Source: a virus. Taken from it: a stretch of DNA of 64,000 nt. Below the pieces are notes generated by a model. That model was not told the origin of the DNA and did no database searches. It saw only the letters and a list, made by a program, of their open reading frames with translations. The DNA lies in the IMG/VR virus record IMGVR_UViG_3300007734_000758. The stretch is one strand, 5' to 3'. A program made the position numbers and the translations under genes. Shown piece by piece: positions 1-9,537 of the stretch. The number at the start of each line of letters is the position of its first letter. The first letter of the stretch is position 1.

Positions 1-443
1 TTCTCTAATAAATCCAAATCAAAGTTTAAGGTTTCCCATTCAATATCAACAAATACCGGCTTGAGCCTACATTGATATAATACTGATATAGTAGTTGCGA
101 ATCCTACGGGTGATACGATAATTTCCGTATCATCGTCCCACTGCAAATATTTTTTTAATCCGGCAATCAAAACTAAATTAGCCGAACTGCCAGAATTTAC
201 CATCTGCGCATACTTCGAATTAAAATGTTTAGCAAATGCGCGTTCAAAATGATACACACTCTCCCCAGCAGTAATCCACTTACCATTTAAAAATGTATCA
301 ATAGCAGCTTCAATTTCCTTAGAATCCCAATATGGTCCGGAATAATAAATTGGTGTCTTGCCCGGTAAGAACTCCTTAGAGTTGTAGATATAGGGGGCAA
401 CGTGATTTCCCACTAAACTACCAATATCTTGTTTTAAAATCAT
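1..443 (-). CDS. DegT/RfbH-like PLP-dependent NDP-sugar aminotransferase/dehydratase (partial, runs off window start; not in ORF track)
   Basis: Manual translation from ATG 443: MILKQDIG...YYSGPYWDSKEIEAAIDTFLNGKWITAG...FERAFA...MVNSGSSANL...SPVGFATT...KPVFVDIE. ATGA overlap with the upstream gene. Confidence 0.85.
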   Translation of the reverse strand, partial: MILKQDIGSLVGNHVAPYIYNSKEFLPGKTPIYYSGPYWDSKEIEAAIDTFLNGKWITAGESVYHFERAFAKHFNSKYAQMVNSGSSANLVLIAGLKKYLQWDDDTEIIVSPVGFATTISVLYQCRLKPVFVDIEWETLNFDLDLLE

Positions 444-1465
444 AAAATTATAGAATCTAGGTTAGAAAATAATGTATGTAAGTAAATTGCTAGATTTTCA
501 TGCTCCATAGTACCCAATATTCGGTTCTTTGCATTCTCAACAATATGAGAATAATAGTTGTAATTTCCTAATACAGACTCTATCTTTTCTTGCAAATCAC
601 TAAAATCATGCTTACATGAAATATATGTCTGTCCAGCTATATAGATATTAGGAATAGTCTCGATGTGGCTCATATCCGGCTTAATTAGAATATTACCGAA
701 CATCATCGCTTCCATATCCCTAGGGGCCATTTCGCCGAAACCGTACGGGGCAAATATTATTTTAGAATTAAACATTCGATTGTAATACTCTCCAATTGAA
801 ACGCGTTCACCATTAATTAACTTTGCTACATTAATGTTATTCATTCCATCAATAACATCTATTCCGCGTTTTCTAAAATTGTCATAATGTATACTTTGCA
901 ACTGTCCGTGTTCATATATTTCGGGAGAGGGATACTGGAACATTGCAGAAACATCATACGTCTTTTCCCTGCGATAATCATACCATCTAGGCCGTATCCC
1001 AGCCCAATGCGTGGATAACCAATTGGTACCAGATAACACTATTCTATCCGAATACTCATCGAAATCATCTAATTTATAATCTCCCGGACCCCAATAATAT
1101 CTCCCTAATACCAATCCCTGTTTATATAGGCTACGGTCTGCATATAAACTATTCTTCAACAAAAGTAACGCATTCGATTGTTTGAAGACTTCATAAGAAC
1201 CGAGAAGTGATGCCGAATCCTGACCATCGAGCAACATGTAATCACCACTAATTTTGGAGAGAAACTCTAGCCCATCATTAATAGACTGTTCTAAAGAAAC
1301 CTTCTTATTCAAGAAACTTGCCTGTGCAACCCAAGCGAAGTCATATGAATCGCCAGTCGTAAATTCTATTCCGACTTCACGCAATACATTCTGAGCAGCT
1401 ATATACGGCCGAAATGCACACTCGTTGCGGTGTTTGTCTAATTCGTATAATTTAATTTTGATCAT
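440..1465 (-). CDS. putative glycosyltransferase (GT-B-like C-terminal domain)
   Basis: C-terminal SKIIFAPYGFGEMAPRDMEAMMFGNILIKP resembles GT-B donor-binding segments; glycan gene neighbourhood. Confidence 0.6.
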   Translation of the reverse strand: MIKIKLYELDKHRNECAFRPYIAAQNVLREVGIEFTTGDSYDFAWVAQASFLNKKVSLEQSINDGLEFLSKISGDYMLLDGQDSASLLGSYEVFKQSNALLLLKNSLYADRSLYKQGLVLGRYYWGPGDYKLDDFDEYSDRIVLSGTNWLSTHWAGIRPRWYDYRREKTYDVSAMFQYPSPEIYEHGQLQSIHYDNFRKRGIDVIDGMNNINVAKLINGERVSIGEYYNRMFNSKIIFAPYGFGEMAPRDMEAMMFGNILIKPDMSHIETIPNIYIAGQTYISCKHDFSDLQEKIESVLGNYNYYSHIVENAKNRILGTMEHENLAIYLHTLFSNLDSIIL

Positions 1466-2129
1466 AACGCCGCAAAAATTCTTCGTGTGATATTAAATTG
1501 AGCAATTCTATTCTATTGGAATCTAAAAAATCATATTCAAGTTCTGTGTATGTGGTAGGTAATGATATCAGTTCTTGACTTCCCCTCCGTATAATGCCTA
1601 CACCGTGATCGGTATTCACAACTTCCATACTATAACCGATTAACTCACTACGTAACTGTAACCATGCCTTCCAACAGTCGCCGTTCCAAGCGCCAACAAC
1701 GCCTCGTTTTCTTTGGGTAATTTCCCACATGGGATTCATATCATGACAAACGATAGTTCCGCCTTCTACCAAATGATTCAATGCATTACAAATATCTTTA
1801 TATACTTGATAATCGTAATGAAGACCATCAATGAAGATAATATCATACTTAATACCGTGCCCACGTATTAGATCGAAAAACGCATCGGATGTTATTGGGT
1901 AATTTACTTCTGGTGGATTTTTTATTTCCTTGCCCGGATCTACACCATCTTTATGGGCAGCAATCACATTACGTATACACGTACCATCATTAACGCCGAT
2001 TTCTAAATAATTAACATAATTGAATTTGCGAATTAAATGATTAATTATATCATAACGCAATAATGGCCACGGACCCCGAGTCAGTTTCCATTCATTATAT
2101 TCTAGTATCTGTTGTTCTTCGGATTTCAT
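1452..2129 (-). CDS. class I SAM-dependent methyltransferase (Methyltransf_24-like)
   Basis: YLEIGV, GVDP, YDIIFIDGLH, GGTIVCHD motifs. Confidence 0.85.
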   Translation of the reverse strand: MKSEEQQILEYNEWKLTRGPWPLLRYDIINHLIRKFNYVNYLEIGVNDGTCIRNVIAAHKDGVDPGKEIKNPPEVNYPITSDAFFDLIRGHGIKYDIIFIDGLHYDYQVYKDICNALNHLVEGGTIVCHDMNPMWEITQRKRGVVGAWNGDCWKAWLQLRSELIGYSMEVVNTDHGVGIIRRGSQELISLPTTYTELEYDFLDSNRIELLNLISHEEFLRRYDQN

Positions 2130-2132
2130 TTG

Positions 2133-2966
2133 TTAGTTACTTACGGCACGACCCTTCATACTATTCCAATCCTGTTCAGGTCTCACTTCCAAATTGGTCT
2201 TCCAACCGGCTTCTAAAGTATTCATGGGAGTACCTAATTTTTTACCTAATGAAATCAAAGCATTGACATCTTTCGGAAAACAAGTACCACCATATCCTAA
2301 TTTACCATCCGGACCCGGTACGTGCAAGTGTGAATCACCAATTCTACCATCAGCAGCGAATCCTGCTAATGCAGTTGGCCAATTGGCACCCAGTGCGTCT
2401 GATAAACGTTTAAATTCATTCATAATAGATACTTTTGTGGCGAAGAAAGTATTATTCATGTATTTTATAAGTTCGGCAGTAACCGCATCCGTATGAATAA
2501 AGTTTCGTTTCATAAAACGCTGAGTGAATAGATCTTCTACACGCTCTGTGAGATCCGGATCTCCTCCGAATACTATACGTGCTTGAGTCATCATGTCTAA
2601 CTTAGCAGTACGTTCAGTTAAAAATTCCGGACTGAATACTATTTTTAAGTCAGGATATTTGTCTTGTAAATAGTCGGTAGTACCCGGCAAAATAGTCGAT
2701 TTAATAATATAGATAGGCCCAGGTACTGCAGTTTCAAAAACCGTTTCAATATATGAAGAGTCCTGTTCGCCGTTGCTTTTCATTGGCGTGGGTACACATA
2801 CGAAAACAAAATCAGATTCATGTACTTCTGATAAAGTATTTAATGACCGTAATGGATTGATGTCATATACACGAACATCAGCCGTTGGACTGAAAGCGAA
2901 TGCTAATGATTCACCCACAAACCCATTTCCTATAATACCTACCTTATAACGTTTCATAATAGTCAT
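2133..2966 (-). CDS. UDP-glucose/GDP-mannose dehydrogenase family (short form)
   Basis: GIIGNGFVG, VCVPTP, IKST, SPEFL, KYMNNTFFATK, GYGGTCFPKD. Confidence 0.9.
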   Translation of the reverse strand: MTIMKRYKVGIIGNGFVGESLAFAFSPTADVRVYDINPLRSLNTLSEVHESDFVFVCVPTPMKSNGEQDSSYIETVFETAVPGPIYIIKSTILPGTTDYLQDKYPDLKIVFSPEFLTERTAKLDMMTQARIVFGGDPDLTERVEDLFTQRFMKRNFIHTDAVTAELIKYMNNTFFATKVSIMNEFKRLSDALGANWPTALAGFAADGRIGDSHLHVPGPDGKLGYGGTCFPKDVNALISLGKKLGTPMNTLEAGWKTNLEVRPEQDWNSMKGRAVSN

Positions 2967-3654
2967 TTTGTTTTTCCTGTCTTTCTATTGTCTTTGGATG
3001 ATATAAACAGAATTCTTCACTTGGAGGAAGCATCGTATACTTCTTGAACCCGGTTATACGTTCATGTACTCTTCCATCCCACCTAATATAAGAAATATTT
3101 TTGTATATTCTAGACTGACTGTCCGGAAAGTTTACCCAACCGCGTTCGTTAACAAACCAGTCCCACTTCTGTACATGCGCATCCGTTAATCCGGATACTG
3201 TATTGATTCTAGGAATCATATATAAATCTACATCTGGGTTGGATTGCAGGATTGCAGGTAAATTTTCTATTAGTGTTGGGTTGGGATATTCGTCTGCATC
3301 GATTTGAAAAATATAATCGCCTGTACACATACTGTTCAATATATTCTTCCAATCAGCAAAATCATGATCGAAAACATCCTCACGCAAAACTATCCGGCCA
3401 GCTTCTTCACATCGAATAAGATAATTCTCTAACTCAGGAGAAGCCTTCGGTTTGTCTAAGAGTACGCAGATTTCATCAGTACCACGCTTGTGCGTGTGCA
3501 ATAAATCAATCAATCGTACTGCCTCCTGTAATTCATTACATACAGTAATTGCATACGATATCTTTATATTATTTTTCTGTTTCATATAACCAATCGTAGA
3601 ATCTAGCAAATGCATCTGGGAACTGTTCAGGGGTAAATACTTCTGATTTTTCAA
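2944..3654 (-). CDS. glycosyltransferase family 2
   Basis: ISYAITVCNE, DYIFQIDADE (DxD), GRVHE; true start probably the internal Met of MKQKNN. Confidence 0.85.
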   Translation of the reverse strand: MKNQKYLPLNSSQMHLLDSTIGYMKQKNNIKISYAITVCNELQEAVRLIDLLHTHKRGTDEICVLLDKPKASPELENYLIRCEEAGRIVLREDVFDHDFADWKNILNSMCTGDYIFQIDADEYPNPTLIENLPAILQSNPDVDLYMIPRINTVSGLTDAHVQKWDWFVNERGWVNFPDSQSRIYKNISYIRWDGRVHERITGFKKYTMLPPSEEFCLYHPKTIERQEKQNDYYETL

Positions 3655-4051
3655 AATCTAAAATTCGATCGTAGAATACGCCTTCCTTTCCCGGTACCGG
3701 ATACTTAACTCGCTCTTCCTCACTAAGCTCTTTAACAGGCGTTAGCATCCAGCCCCACTCCTGTAAGGATCCGGCAGGGTAGAATATTAATTTCTGTGTC
3801 GATATTGATAGCGGATACCACACGCTGCCAGCAGAGTCCTTATGCTTAAGGTCACGCATCAGCGATGTTACGCTAGAATCGAACCTATTTAGCTCCTCAG
3901 AACCCTCAACCCAGGAAGTATGGTTAGTGTAACCGGACTCCATACAGAGACGATGTTCCATTCCGTTGTTCGGATCGGCTTCACACAATACACACTTGTT
4001 ACCTGTTATTGGTGATACCTCATCGTATTCATTACTTAATCTATCAAACAT
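3569..4051 (-). CDS. hypothetical protein
   Basis: Tightly packed ORF; no motif recognised. Confidence 0.6.
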   Translation of the reverse strand: MFDRLSNEYDEVSPITGNKCVLCEADPNNGMEHRLCMESGYTNHTSWVEGSEELNRFDSSVTSLMRDLKHKDSAGSVWYPLSISTQKLIFYPAGSLQEWGWMLTPVKELSEEERVKYPVPGKEGVFYDRILDFEKSEVFTPEQFPDAFARFYDWLYETEK

Positions 4052-5366
4052 TTTCTATCTTTTTTAATTTAGGTAATTCAATCTTTTTAGGTTGTTCTAC
4101 CTTCTTTAGTGAAGGTAATTGTAATTGAACACGTTGTGGAATTCGGCTTCCTACTGTATCAATAATTCGTTTCACTTCAGCATTCATTCGTTCCATAGTG
4201 AAGTTAGCTAATGCATACTGTTTCTGCTTCTGTGCTTTATCCAAATACGAATCATAATTAAAATACATATGTTTCATCATACCAGAAGCATACGGGTAAT
4301 TCACTACAAACCATTTGGAATTTTCTAGAATCCATTGATTGATTGCACTCTTACTAACCGGTTTCAATTCTCCCGGGAGTAATGTTACAAAATTCTTACT
4401 TAGGAAATCTTTGTGGCCTGACCAATCCGGAGCCATGATAGGTTTTCCTACCATTGAAAATTCTAAGAACGGCCTACCAAATCCCTCACCATGTGTGAAT
4501 GAAACCATTGCTTTAATCTTAGGATGGTTGTACAGTGAATTCATTTCAGTATCACTTAAATCACCATGCAGTAGATAAACATTCGGTGAGTCTGAATAAC
4601 TATCCATAATAAATGTTATCTTTCGCATAATATCTTCTCGGTCGATAATTGAGAAGGTCGCTCCGCTAGTTTTCAACAGTAATGCCGGCCTAGATTCTTT
4701 AGGTTCATTCTTAAATGTTTCAATAAAAGTCTTTACCAGCATACCTAAATCTTTCCTATCAGCACCTAACTCTCCCTGTAACCAATGGCCTACTGATAGG
4801 AATACGAACTTTTCCGGTATTGAATCAATTTCAGCTGCTACATCCTTATTCAATTCAGCACGGGTAATAGATTTGTAGATATCAACATCACATCCCTCAA
4901 ACAAGACTGTCATCGGAACATTCACTTTCAATTTATCTATTACCTGCTTGGTATTGTTGTCTACCTTATCGTATGATACATTATCAAATACTAGTTTTGA
5001 ATGTTCAGAAGTAACAATGACTTCATTCATCCTATTCATACCTTCAATCCATTCAGGAGAACATACGTCCGTCTCAATACCAGCCGTAATACCGATATTA
5101 TAATTTCCCAATGCCTGAAACTCATTTGGAATAGAAAGCTGAATAAAGATATCCGGTTTCGGTACTTCACCGAAAATAATTCTACGTTTAATCTCTGCAT
5201 ACTTAGGATCATCCAATCCGGTCATCGGAGTATTGCCCCATGGCAACGATATAAACTTTACATCGTAATCCGCCAATTCTAAAAGTGCTAGAGCAATTTC
5301 GCGTGCATGTGCACCGTATCCCGACCTAGTACTTACCGGCGATTGTAAATAAATAGTTTTCTTCAT
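4044..5366 (-). CDS. glycosyltransferase family 4 (GT-B)
   Basis: SGYGAHAR, RKDLG, HGEGFGRPFLE (E-x7-E), WSGHKDF. Confidence 0.9.
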   Translation of the reverse strand: MKKTIYLQSPVSTRSGYGAHAREIALALLELADYDVKFISLPWGNTPMTGLDDPKYAEIKRRIIFGEVPKPDIFIQLSIPNEFQALGNYNIGITAGIETDVCSPEWIEGMNRMNEVIVTSEHSKLVFDNVSYDKVDNNTKQVIDKLKVNVPMTVLFEGCDVDIYKSITRAELNKDVAAEIDSIPEKFVFLSVGHWLQGELGADRKDLGMLVKTFIETFKNEPKESRPALLLKTSGATFSIIDREDIMRKITFIMDSYSDSPNVYLLHGDLSDTEMNSLYNHPKIKAMVSFTHGEGFGRPFLEFSMVGKPIMAPDWSGHKDFLSKNFVTLLPGELKPVSKSAINQWILENSKWFVVNYPYASGMMKHMYFNYDSYLDKAQKQKQYALANFTMERMNAEVKRIIDTVGSRIPQRVQLQLPSLKKVEQPKKIELPKLKKIENV

Positions 5367-6820
5367 ATAACAATTCCATTATTTTTGATAGGTGTAGACT
5401 TGCTTGCCTTATATACAGCAAAGCGTTTTCTAGGAGTCCAATTGGCAAAACAGTTTTCAATGTTTAATTTAAAACGATTACACATCTCAAACGATGACAT
5501 ACCACTCTCTTCACTAACGACCCAATTTCTTCCTGCTAATCCTGCCAAATGTCTTTCATCCGGACTCATATCATACCAATATTTTATTGCATCAGCAACA
5601 TCTGTGAATGAAACTCGGTCATCAAATATATAGGGAGTCTCCGGTGATCCCTGCAAACTACGATTAGAAGGAAATACCGGCTTAGCCCAAATACCATGCT
5701 TCTTATATTTACCCGTGTGGTTGGTTGAGAACTCAGTATCGAATTCGATCCAGTTTCCATTCTCATCCTCGAAACGACATTGGTCTTGTAATCCACCAGT
5801 AACATTATTGATGATAGGAGTACCTGCCATCAGTGACTCTGCACCAGATAAGCCGAAGCCTTCATTACTAGCAATATTAAGCGTCACATCTGCCAGGTTA
5901 TAGTAATAATTCATAGCGTGTGGCGGTACCGGCTTGTCACTAAAAATGATTTTATAATCAGGACAGATAGCACGCTGTACTGCCAATAAATCAGTACCAT
6001 TTCCATCTACCGGCTGGGTGTGCATAAACAATGCAACCCTTGAAGCCTGTTCTGTAGTTAGCTTATCGCAGAATGATTTGTATGCTAATATTACATCCCC
6101 AGGCTGTTTACGTCGTATATTTCTATTGTTCCAGAAAACTACAAAATCAACATTATTTTTAATCTTAACTTCGAACACAGTCTTCTGATACTCTTCCCAT
6201 TGTGGGTGGGTTTCATCGATCGGGAAGAATTGCTTCTCGTTAATCCCATGTGGTACATATTGAATGGCCCAATCCGGCTTAGGATTTTTACGCACTACGT
6301 TCTTAACAATGTTATTGGTTTGTTTAGAGATATTCAATAACATATCACATGATTCATAGAAATTTTCATTCCAGAAGGGATACGGAACATCATCCCAAAT
6401 ATTATAATAGATAATCGGAATCTGCTGTCGTAATTCATGTTCCATGTGGAAAAACCATACCCAATACCTAGGATCTGTGAAGATGATAATTGCATCGGGT
6501 TTTTCTAAATAAATCAATTCACGAACTAATGCTTCATTTCCATATCCATCGTTCGGATAGATTTTAATGTTAGCGTTGGTAATACCACGTTCTTTGTTTA
6601 CTGCTTCTGATATATCAAACACTTTTCCTTTATCAGGATGGTTGATTGCTGCACCTACCTGTACCCAATCAAACCAATGCGCAGTACCTGTAACAAATTC
6701 ACGTGACATAGTAGCGATGCCGCTATGTAAACGTAAATCATCGGATAGTAGTAATATTTTTTTCTTTTTCGGCGTATTCGGATCAACTTTCCGAAGTTTC
6801 GGTAATTGTAACTGTTGCAT
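5363..6820 (-). CDS. glycosyltransferase family 4 (GT-B)
   Basis: VPHG, NRNIRRK, NEGFGLSGAE (E-x7-E), GTPII..TGG. Confidence 0.9.
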   Translation of the reverse strand: MQQLQLPKLRKVDPNTPKKKKILLLSDDLRLHSGIATMSREFVTGTAHWFDWVQVGAAINHPDKGKVFDISEAVNKERGITNANIKIYPNDGYGNEALVRELIYLEKPDAIIIFTDPRYWVWFFHMEHELRQQIPIIYYNIWDDVPYPFWNENFYESCDMLLNISKQTNNIVKNVVRKNPKPDWAIQYVPHGINEKQFFPIDETHPQWEEYQKTVFEVKIKNNVDFVVFWNNRNIRRKQPGDVILAYKSFCDKLTTEQASRVALFMHTQPVDGNGTDLLAVQRAICPDYKIIFSDKPVPPHAMNYYYNLADVTLNIASNEGFGLSGAESLMAGTPIINNVTGGLQDQCRFEDENGNWIEFDTEFSTNHTGKYKKHGIWAKPVFPSNRSLQGSPETPYIFDDRVSFTDVADAIKYWYDMSPDERHLAGLAGRNWVVSEESGMSSFEMCNRFKLNIENCFANWTPRKRFAVYKASKSTPIKNNGIVI

Positions 6821-6837
6821 AAAACTATATAACCTTT

Positions 6838-7041
6838 TTAATAATTATCGACATTCTTATCTTTTTTGCGGAAAATCCATAGATCTATAGGAAAAAAGAT
6901 AAGTGCTCCCACGAAGTTAAAGCATATAGTAGACCATAAATAACTGAGATGAAGAATGTCTACAAATAAGTATAGCATCGGAACTGTGATTATAGTTCCC
7001 AATTGCCACTTTGCTGCATAAAGTAAAAATTTTCGAATCAT
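6838..7041 (-). CDS. small two-helix membrane protein, GtrA-like
   Basis: Two hydrophobic segments; FLLYA...LYLFVDILHLSYLWS...WIF pattern resembles a GtrA half-domain. Confidence 0.5.
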   Translation of the reverse strand: MIRKFLLYAAKWQLGTIITVPMLYLFVDILHLSYLWSTICFNFVGALIFFPIDLWIFRKKDKNVDNY

Positions 7042-7211
7042 TGCTTTTCAACCCTTAAGGCCCATACCAATGCAATAACCCAACCGATAAAGGTCCAACC
7101 TAAGAAAAGGTTAAGAACGAATACCTGTGTGCCGAATGATTTTTCATATGCAACAAACGATGGTAGGAAATAGATTGCTACCAATACAAGAAATAATAAT
7201 AATGATCCCAT
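7038..7211 (-). CDS. imm: superinfection immunity protein (T4 Imm family), 57 aa; not in ORF track
   Basis: Manual translation MGSLLLFLVLVAIYFLPSFVAYEKSFGTQVFVLNLFLGWTFIGWVIALVWALRVEKQ; YFLP and NLFLGWTxIGW signature. Confidence 0.9.
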   Translation of the reverse strand: MGSLLLFLVLVAIYFLPSFVAYEKSFGTQVFVLNLFLGWTFIGWVIALVWALRVEKQ

Positions 7212-7228
7212 AGTATGAATATAAATAA

Positions 7229-7666
7229 TTAGTTAACAATAACAAAGGATTTTCCTCTCTTTTTCATCCTACCAATAGGAATATTATAAAAGGAAACATC
7301 CTCTCCAGGATTGGAGAATATAATAAGTTTTTCTACTGCTGTGGCTAACAATAGATACCTATGTAAATAGTGACTTCCATGACGCGGTTTACTATAATAG
7401 TTTTCCGGCATTGCTGAGTAAAGATTGTATGGAGTAAATGCAGGATTAAATTCCATATAATTAATACCAAACTGTAGAGCAAATTTTTTAACGATTGGCT
7501 CTACACCTAATTTACTACCTCCCGATACAATCACCAACTCAGAATCAAATGAGTCTCGAAGTATCATTAGGAATTCCTTTACCTTCGATGCATTAGTATA
7601 GTTCAGTGAACCTATCATTCCGATCTTCATGATAATAAAACTTTTATACGGCTCTTTGCCGGACAC
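7229..7666 (-). CDS. SLOG (YspA/DUF2493-like) family protein
   Basis: KIGMIGS...VIVSGG..GVE...FA pattern; start probably the internal Met of MKIG. Confidence 0.6.
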   Translation of the reverse strand: MSGKEPYKSFIIMKIGMIGSLNYTNASKVKEFLMILRDSFDSELVIVSGGSKLGVEPIVKKFALQFGINYMEFNPAFTPYNLYSAMPENYYSKPRHGSHYLHRYLLLATAVEKLIIFSNPGEDVSFYNIPIGRMKKRGKSFVIVN

Positions 7667-8571
7667 AAATCTGGCTTGTCCTTAAATTCACAATACTTAC
7701 AATTTACATTTGCAGGACCTGCAATTGCGGGATATTCCCTATCTACATTGTAACTGCCATCTGGACTGAAACAATCAGCAACAAACTGTTCAATCGATTT
7801 TACTAATTTCTTTCTAGTAACGGACCCGGATGCCGGAGTAAATTCCTGTACTCGTTTCTGAGGAAAGACAGATTCCTGTAATATTTTACGTTTAACGATA
7901 AAGAATTCAATCTCAACTTTATCTGGATTCAAATTCCATTGACGACTGAAATACTCTTTATACAGAACTAACTGAGAAGTTTTTGTCTTATCCTTCTTAG
8001 CATTATCCTTCCAACCCATATAACTAGTCTTGATGTCGTAGATAGTATATGTATCTGAGTTTTCATTATAGATAACTAAATCCATAAATCCAATCAAACG
8101 AACCTTAGGATAGTCTTCACGGACACGGATATTTAATGGCATCTCAATACCAATCAGTTTATATCCTTTGCTAGGAAAGTATGCAGAACGCTTCTTCGTT
8201 ATATGTTCTAGTATCGCAACACCGTCTTCATAATATTCGGCTAACTCTGCAGGACTGGAATAATGTTGACCGAATTTATCCATTTCCTCTTTGTAGATTC
8301 GCATCATATTGGTCTGCAATAGGTTTGGCAGATTCATTTGTGATGCTAACTTGATACTCTTATTGAATACAGTATCTAACCATGTCTGTAACGTTTCATG
8401 GAAGGCAGATCCAAATGTCAAATTGATATTCGGCTCAGAAACCTTATGTTTCTTTACATAGCACAATTCCCATTGTTTCGGACAACGGGAATACATTGCG
8501 TATTGCGAGTATGATATTCTAGCCACGCCTTCTTCTATTTGTGTGGTATTAACGTCGAATATGGTCTTCAT
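7627..8571 (-). CDS. PD-(D/E)XK RecB/Cas4-like exonuclease
   Basis: SYSQ..CPKQW, GSAFHE, IE, GFMDL, DIKT, QLVLY, C-terminal CKYC..C. Confidence 0.85.
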   Translation of the reverse strand: MKTIFDVNTTQIEEGVARISYSQYAMYSRCPKQWELCYVKKHKVSEPNINLTFGSAFHETLQTWLDTVFNKSIKLASQMNLPNLLQTNMMRIYKEEMDKFGQHYSSPAELAEYYEDGVAILEHITKKRSAYFPSKGYKLIGIEMPLNIRVREDYPKVRLIGFMDLVIYNENSDTYTIYDIKTSYMGWKDNAKKDKTKTSQLVLYKEYFSRQWNLNPDKVEIEFFIVKRKILQESVFPQKRVQEFTPASGSVTRKKLVKSIEQFVADCFSPDGSYNVDREYPAIAGPANVNCKYCEFKDKPDLCPAKSRIKVLLS

Positions 8572-8575
8572 TCTA

Positions 8576-8607
8576 TTAAGATATAGAATTAAATTGTAAT
8601 AACCAAA
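8576..8607 (-). promoter_or_regulatory. Bacteroidota-type primary sigma promoter
   Basis: Coding strand TTTG-N20-TATCTTAA, 4 nt before ATG 8571. Confidence 0.7.
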
Positions 8608-8823
8608 TTATTTTGATAATTGCTGTATGCGCCTATCCAAGTACCAGGCAGCTTTCTTAAGATCTTCCAATTCTTTTGTGGGGTCCTTTTTACCGGCCCG
8701 GGAAATGTATTTAACAACATTACCCAAACAAAAGTCTAATTGCCAGGCTTCAATTACTTTGATAGCCTCGTATGTATTGTCTGCACCACCATAATGTGCA
8801 GGGTGATTTATTGATTCTTTCAT
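8608..8823 (-). CDS. DUF3310 family (T7 gp1.7-like nucleotide kinase domain)
   Basis: INHPAHY, FCLGNVVKYISRAGKK, EDLKKAAWYL. Confidence 0.9.
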   Translation of the reverse strand: MKESINHPAHYGGADNTYEAIKVIEAWQLDFCLGNVVKYISRAGKKDPTKELEDLKKAAWYLDRRIQQLSK

Positions 8824-9302
8824 TCTAGTAACTTTTTAATTTCTTTTTCTGTCTTCCCAAACTTAGCAATCAACTCTTTCAATTCATTCTTCCTATCAAC
8901 CGTTGAGAAGTAAATATCCAAATACTGAATAGCATCCTTCCTACTTATAAGATAATAATCTTTTAGTAACTCTACAAGTCCATCCTGATAATCTTTGGAA
9001 GTTTCTTTCTTTATATACTTCAGATATATCTTCTGTTTCGGTAACAACTCTAAATACAATCTATATACCATTTCTTTATCTAATACAGTCATAGTATACT
9101 TTTGTAACATTGCTACCAATTCAACATAATCCATACTCATCGAAAGCCAGCGGTTAATCATAAAGGGACTGAAAGCCTTTTTATCGGTTTCAGTCAATTG
9201 ATCCCACGGTTTCTTCTCTACGGTCAAGTAGTTGATGAAATCGATTATTGATGCTGTCTTAAGGCTCGAGGCTGATTTTTGTACTGTTGTCTGTTTCTTC
9301 AT
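8820..9302 (-). CDS. clamp loader small subunit (T4 gp62-like)
   Basis: FSPFMINRWLS motif; next to clamp loader ATPase and clamp. Confidence 0.7.
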   Translation of the reverse strand: MKKQTTVQKSASSLKTASIIDFINYLTVEKKPWDQLTETDKKAFSPFMINRWLSMSMDYVELVAMLQKYTMTVLDKEMVYRLYLELLPKQKIYLKYIKKETSKDYQDGLVELLKDYYLISRKDAIQYLDIYFSTVDRKNELKELIAKFGKTEKEIKKLLE

Positions 9303-9537
9303 CTCTGAACATGCTCTGAATTTCTTTAGGTAATAGGTCTACTGCAATATTTCCGCAATCGTCACAACGGAACACTTGAATCGGAACTATCGCATCCTTT
9401 TCGGCACCTATTGCCAGCCTACTCACTTGCTTAAGCATCATCACAGTCTTAAAAAAGAAGCTACCGCAAACGCATTCTATGGTAGGCATCTTACCTAAAT
9501 CTAAATTTAGGTTCATTTGTTGGTTTCCACCTGTCAT
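9259..9537 (-). CDS. small zinc-ribbon protein
   Basis: CVCG and CDDCG pairs. Confidence 0.6.
   Translation of the reverse strand: MTGGNQQMNLNLDLGKMPTIECVCGSFFFKTVMMLKQVSRLAIGAEKDAIVPIQVFRCDDCGNIAVDLLPKEIQSMFRDEETDNSTKISLEP

Noticed and set aside
7627-8571. CRISPR-Cas system suggested by the Cas4-like gene
   Set aside because: No repeat-spacer array or other cas genes seen; solo Cas4-like nucleases are common in phages
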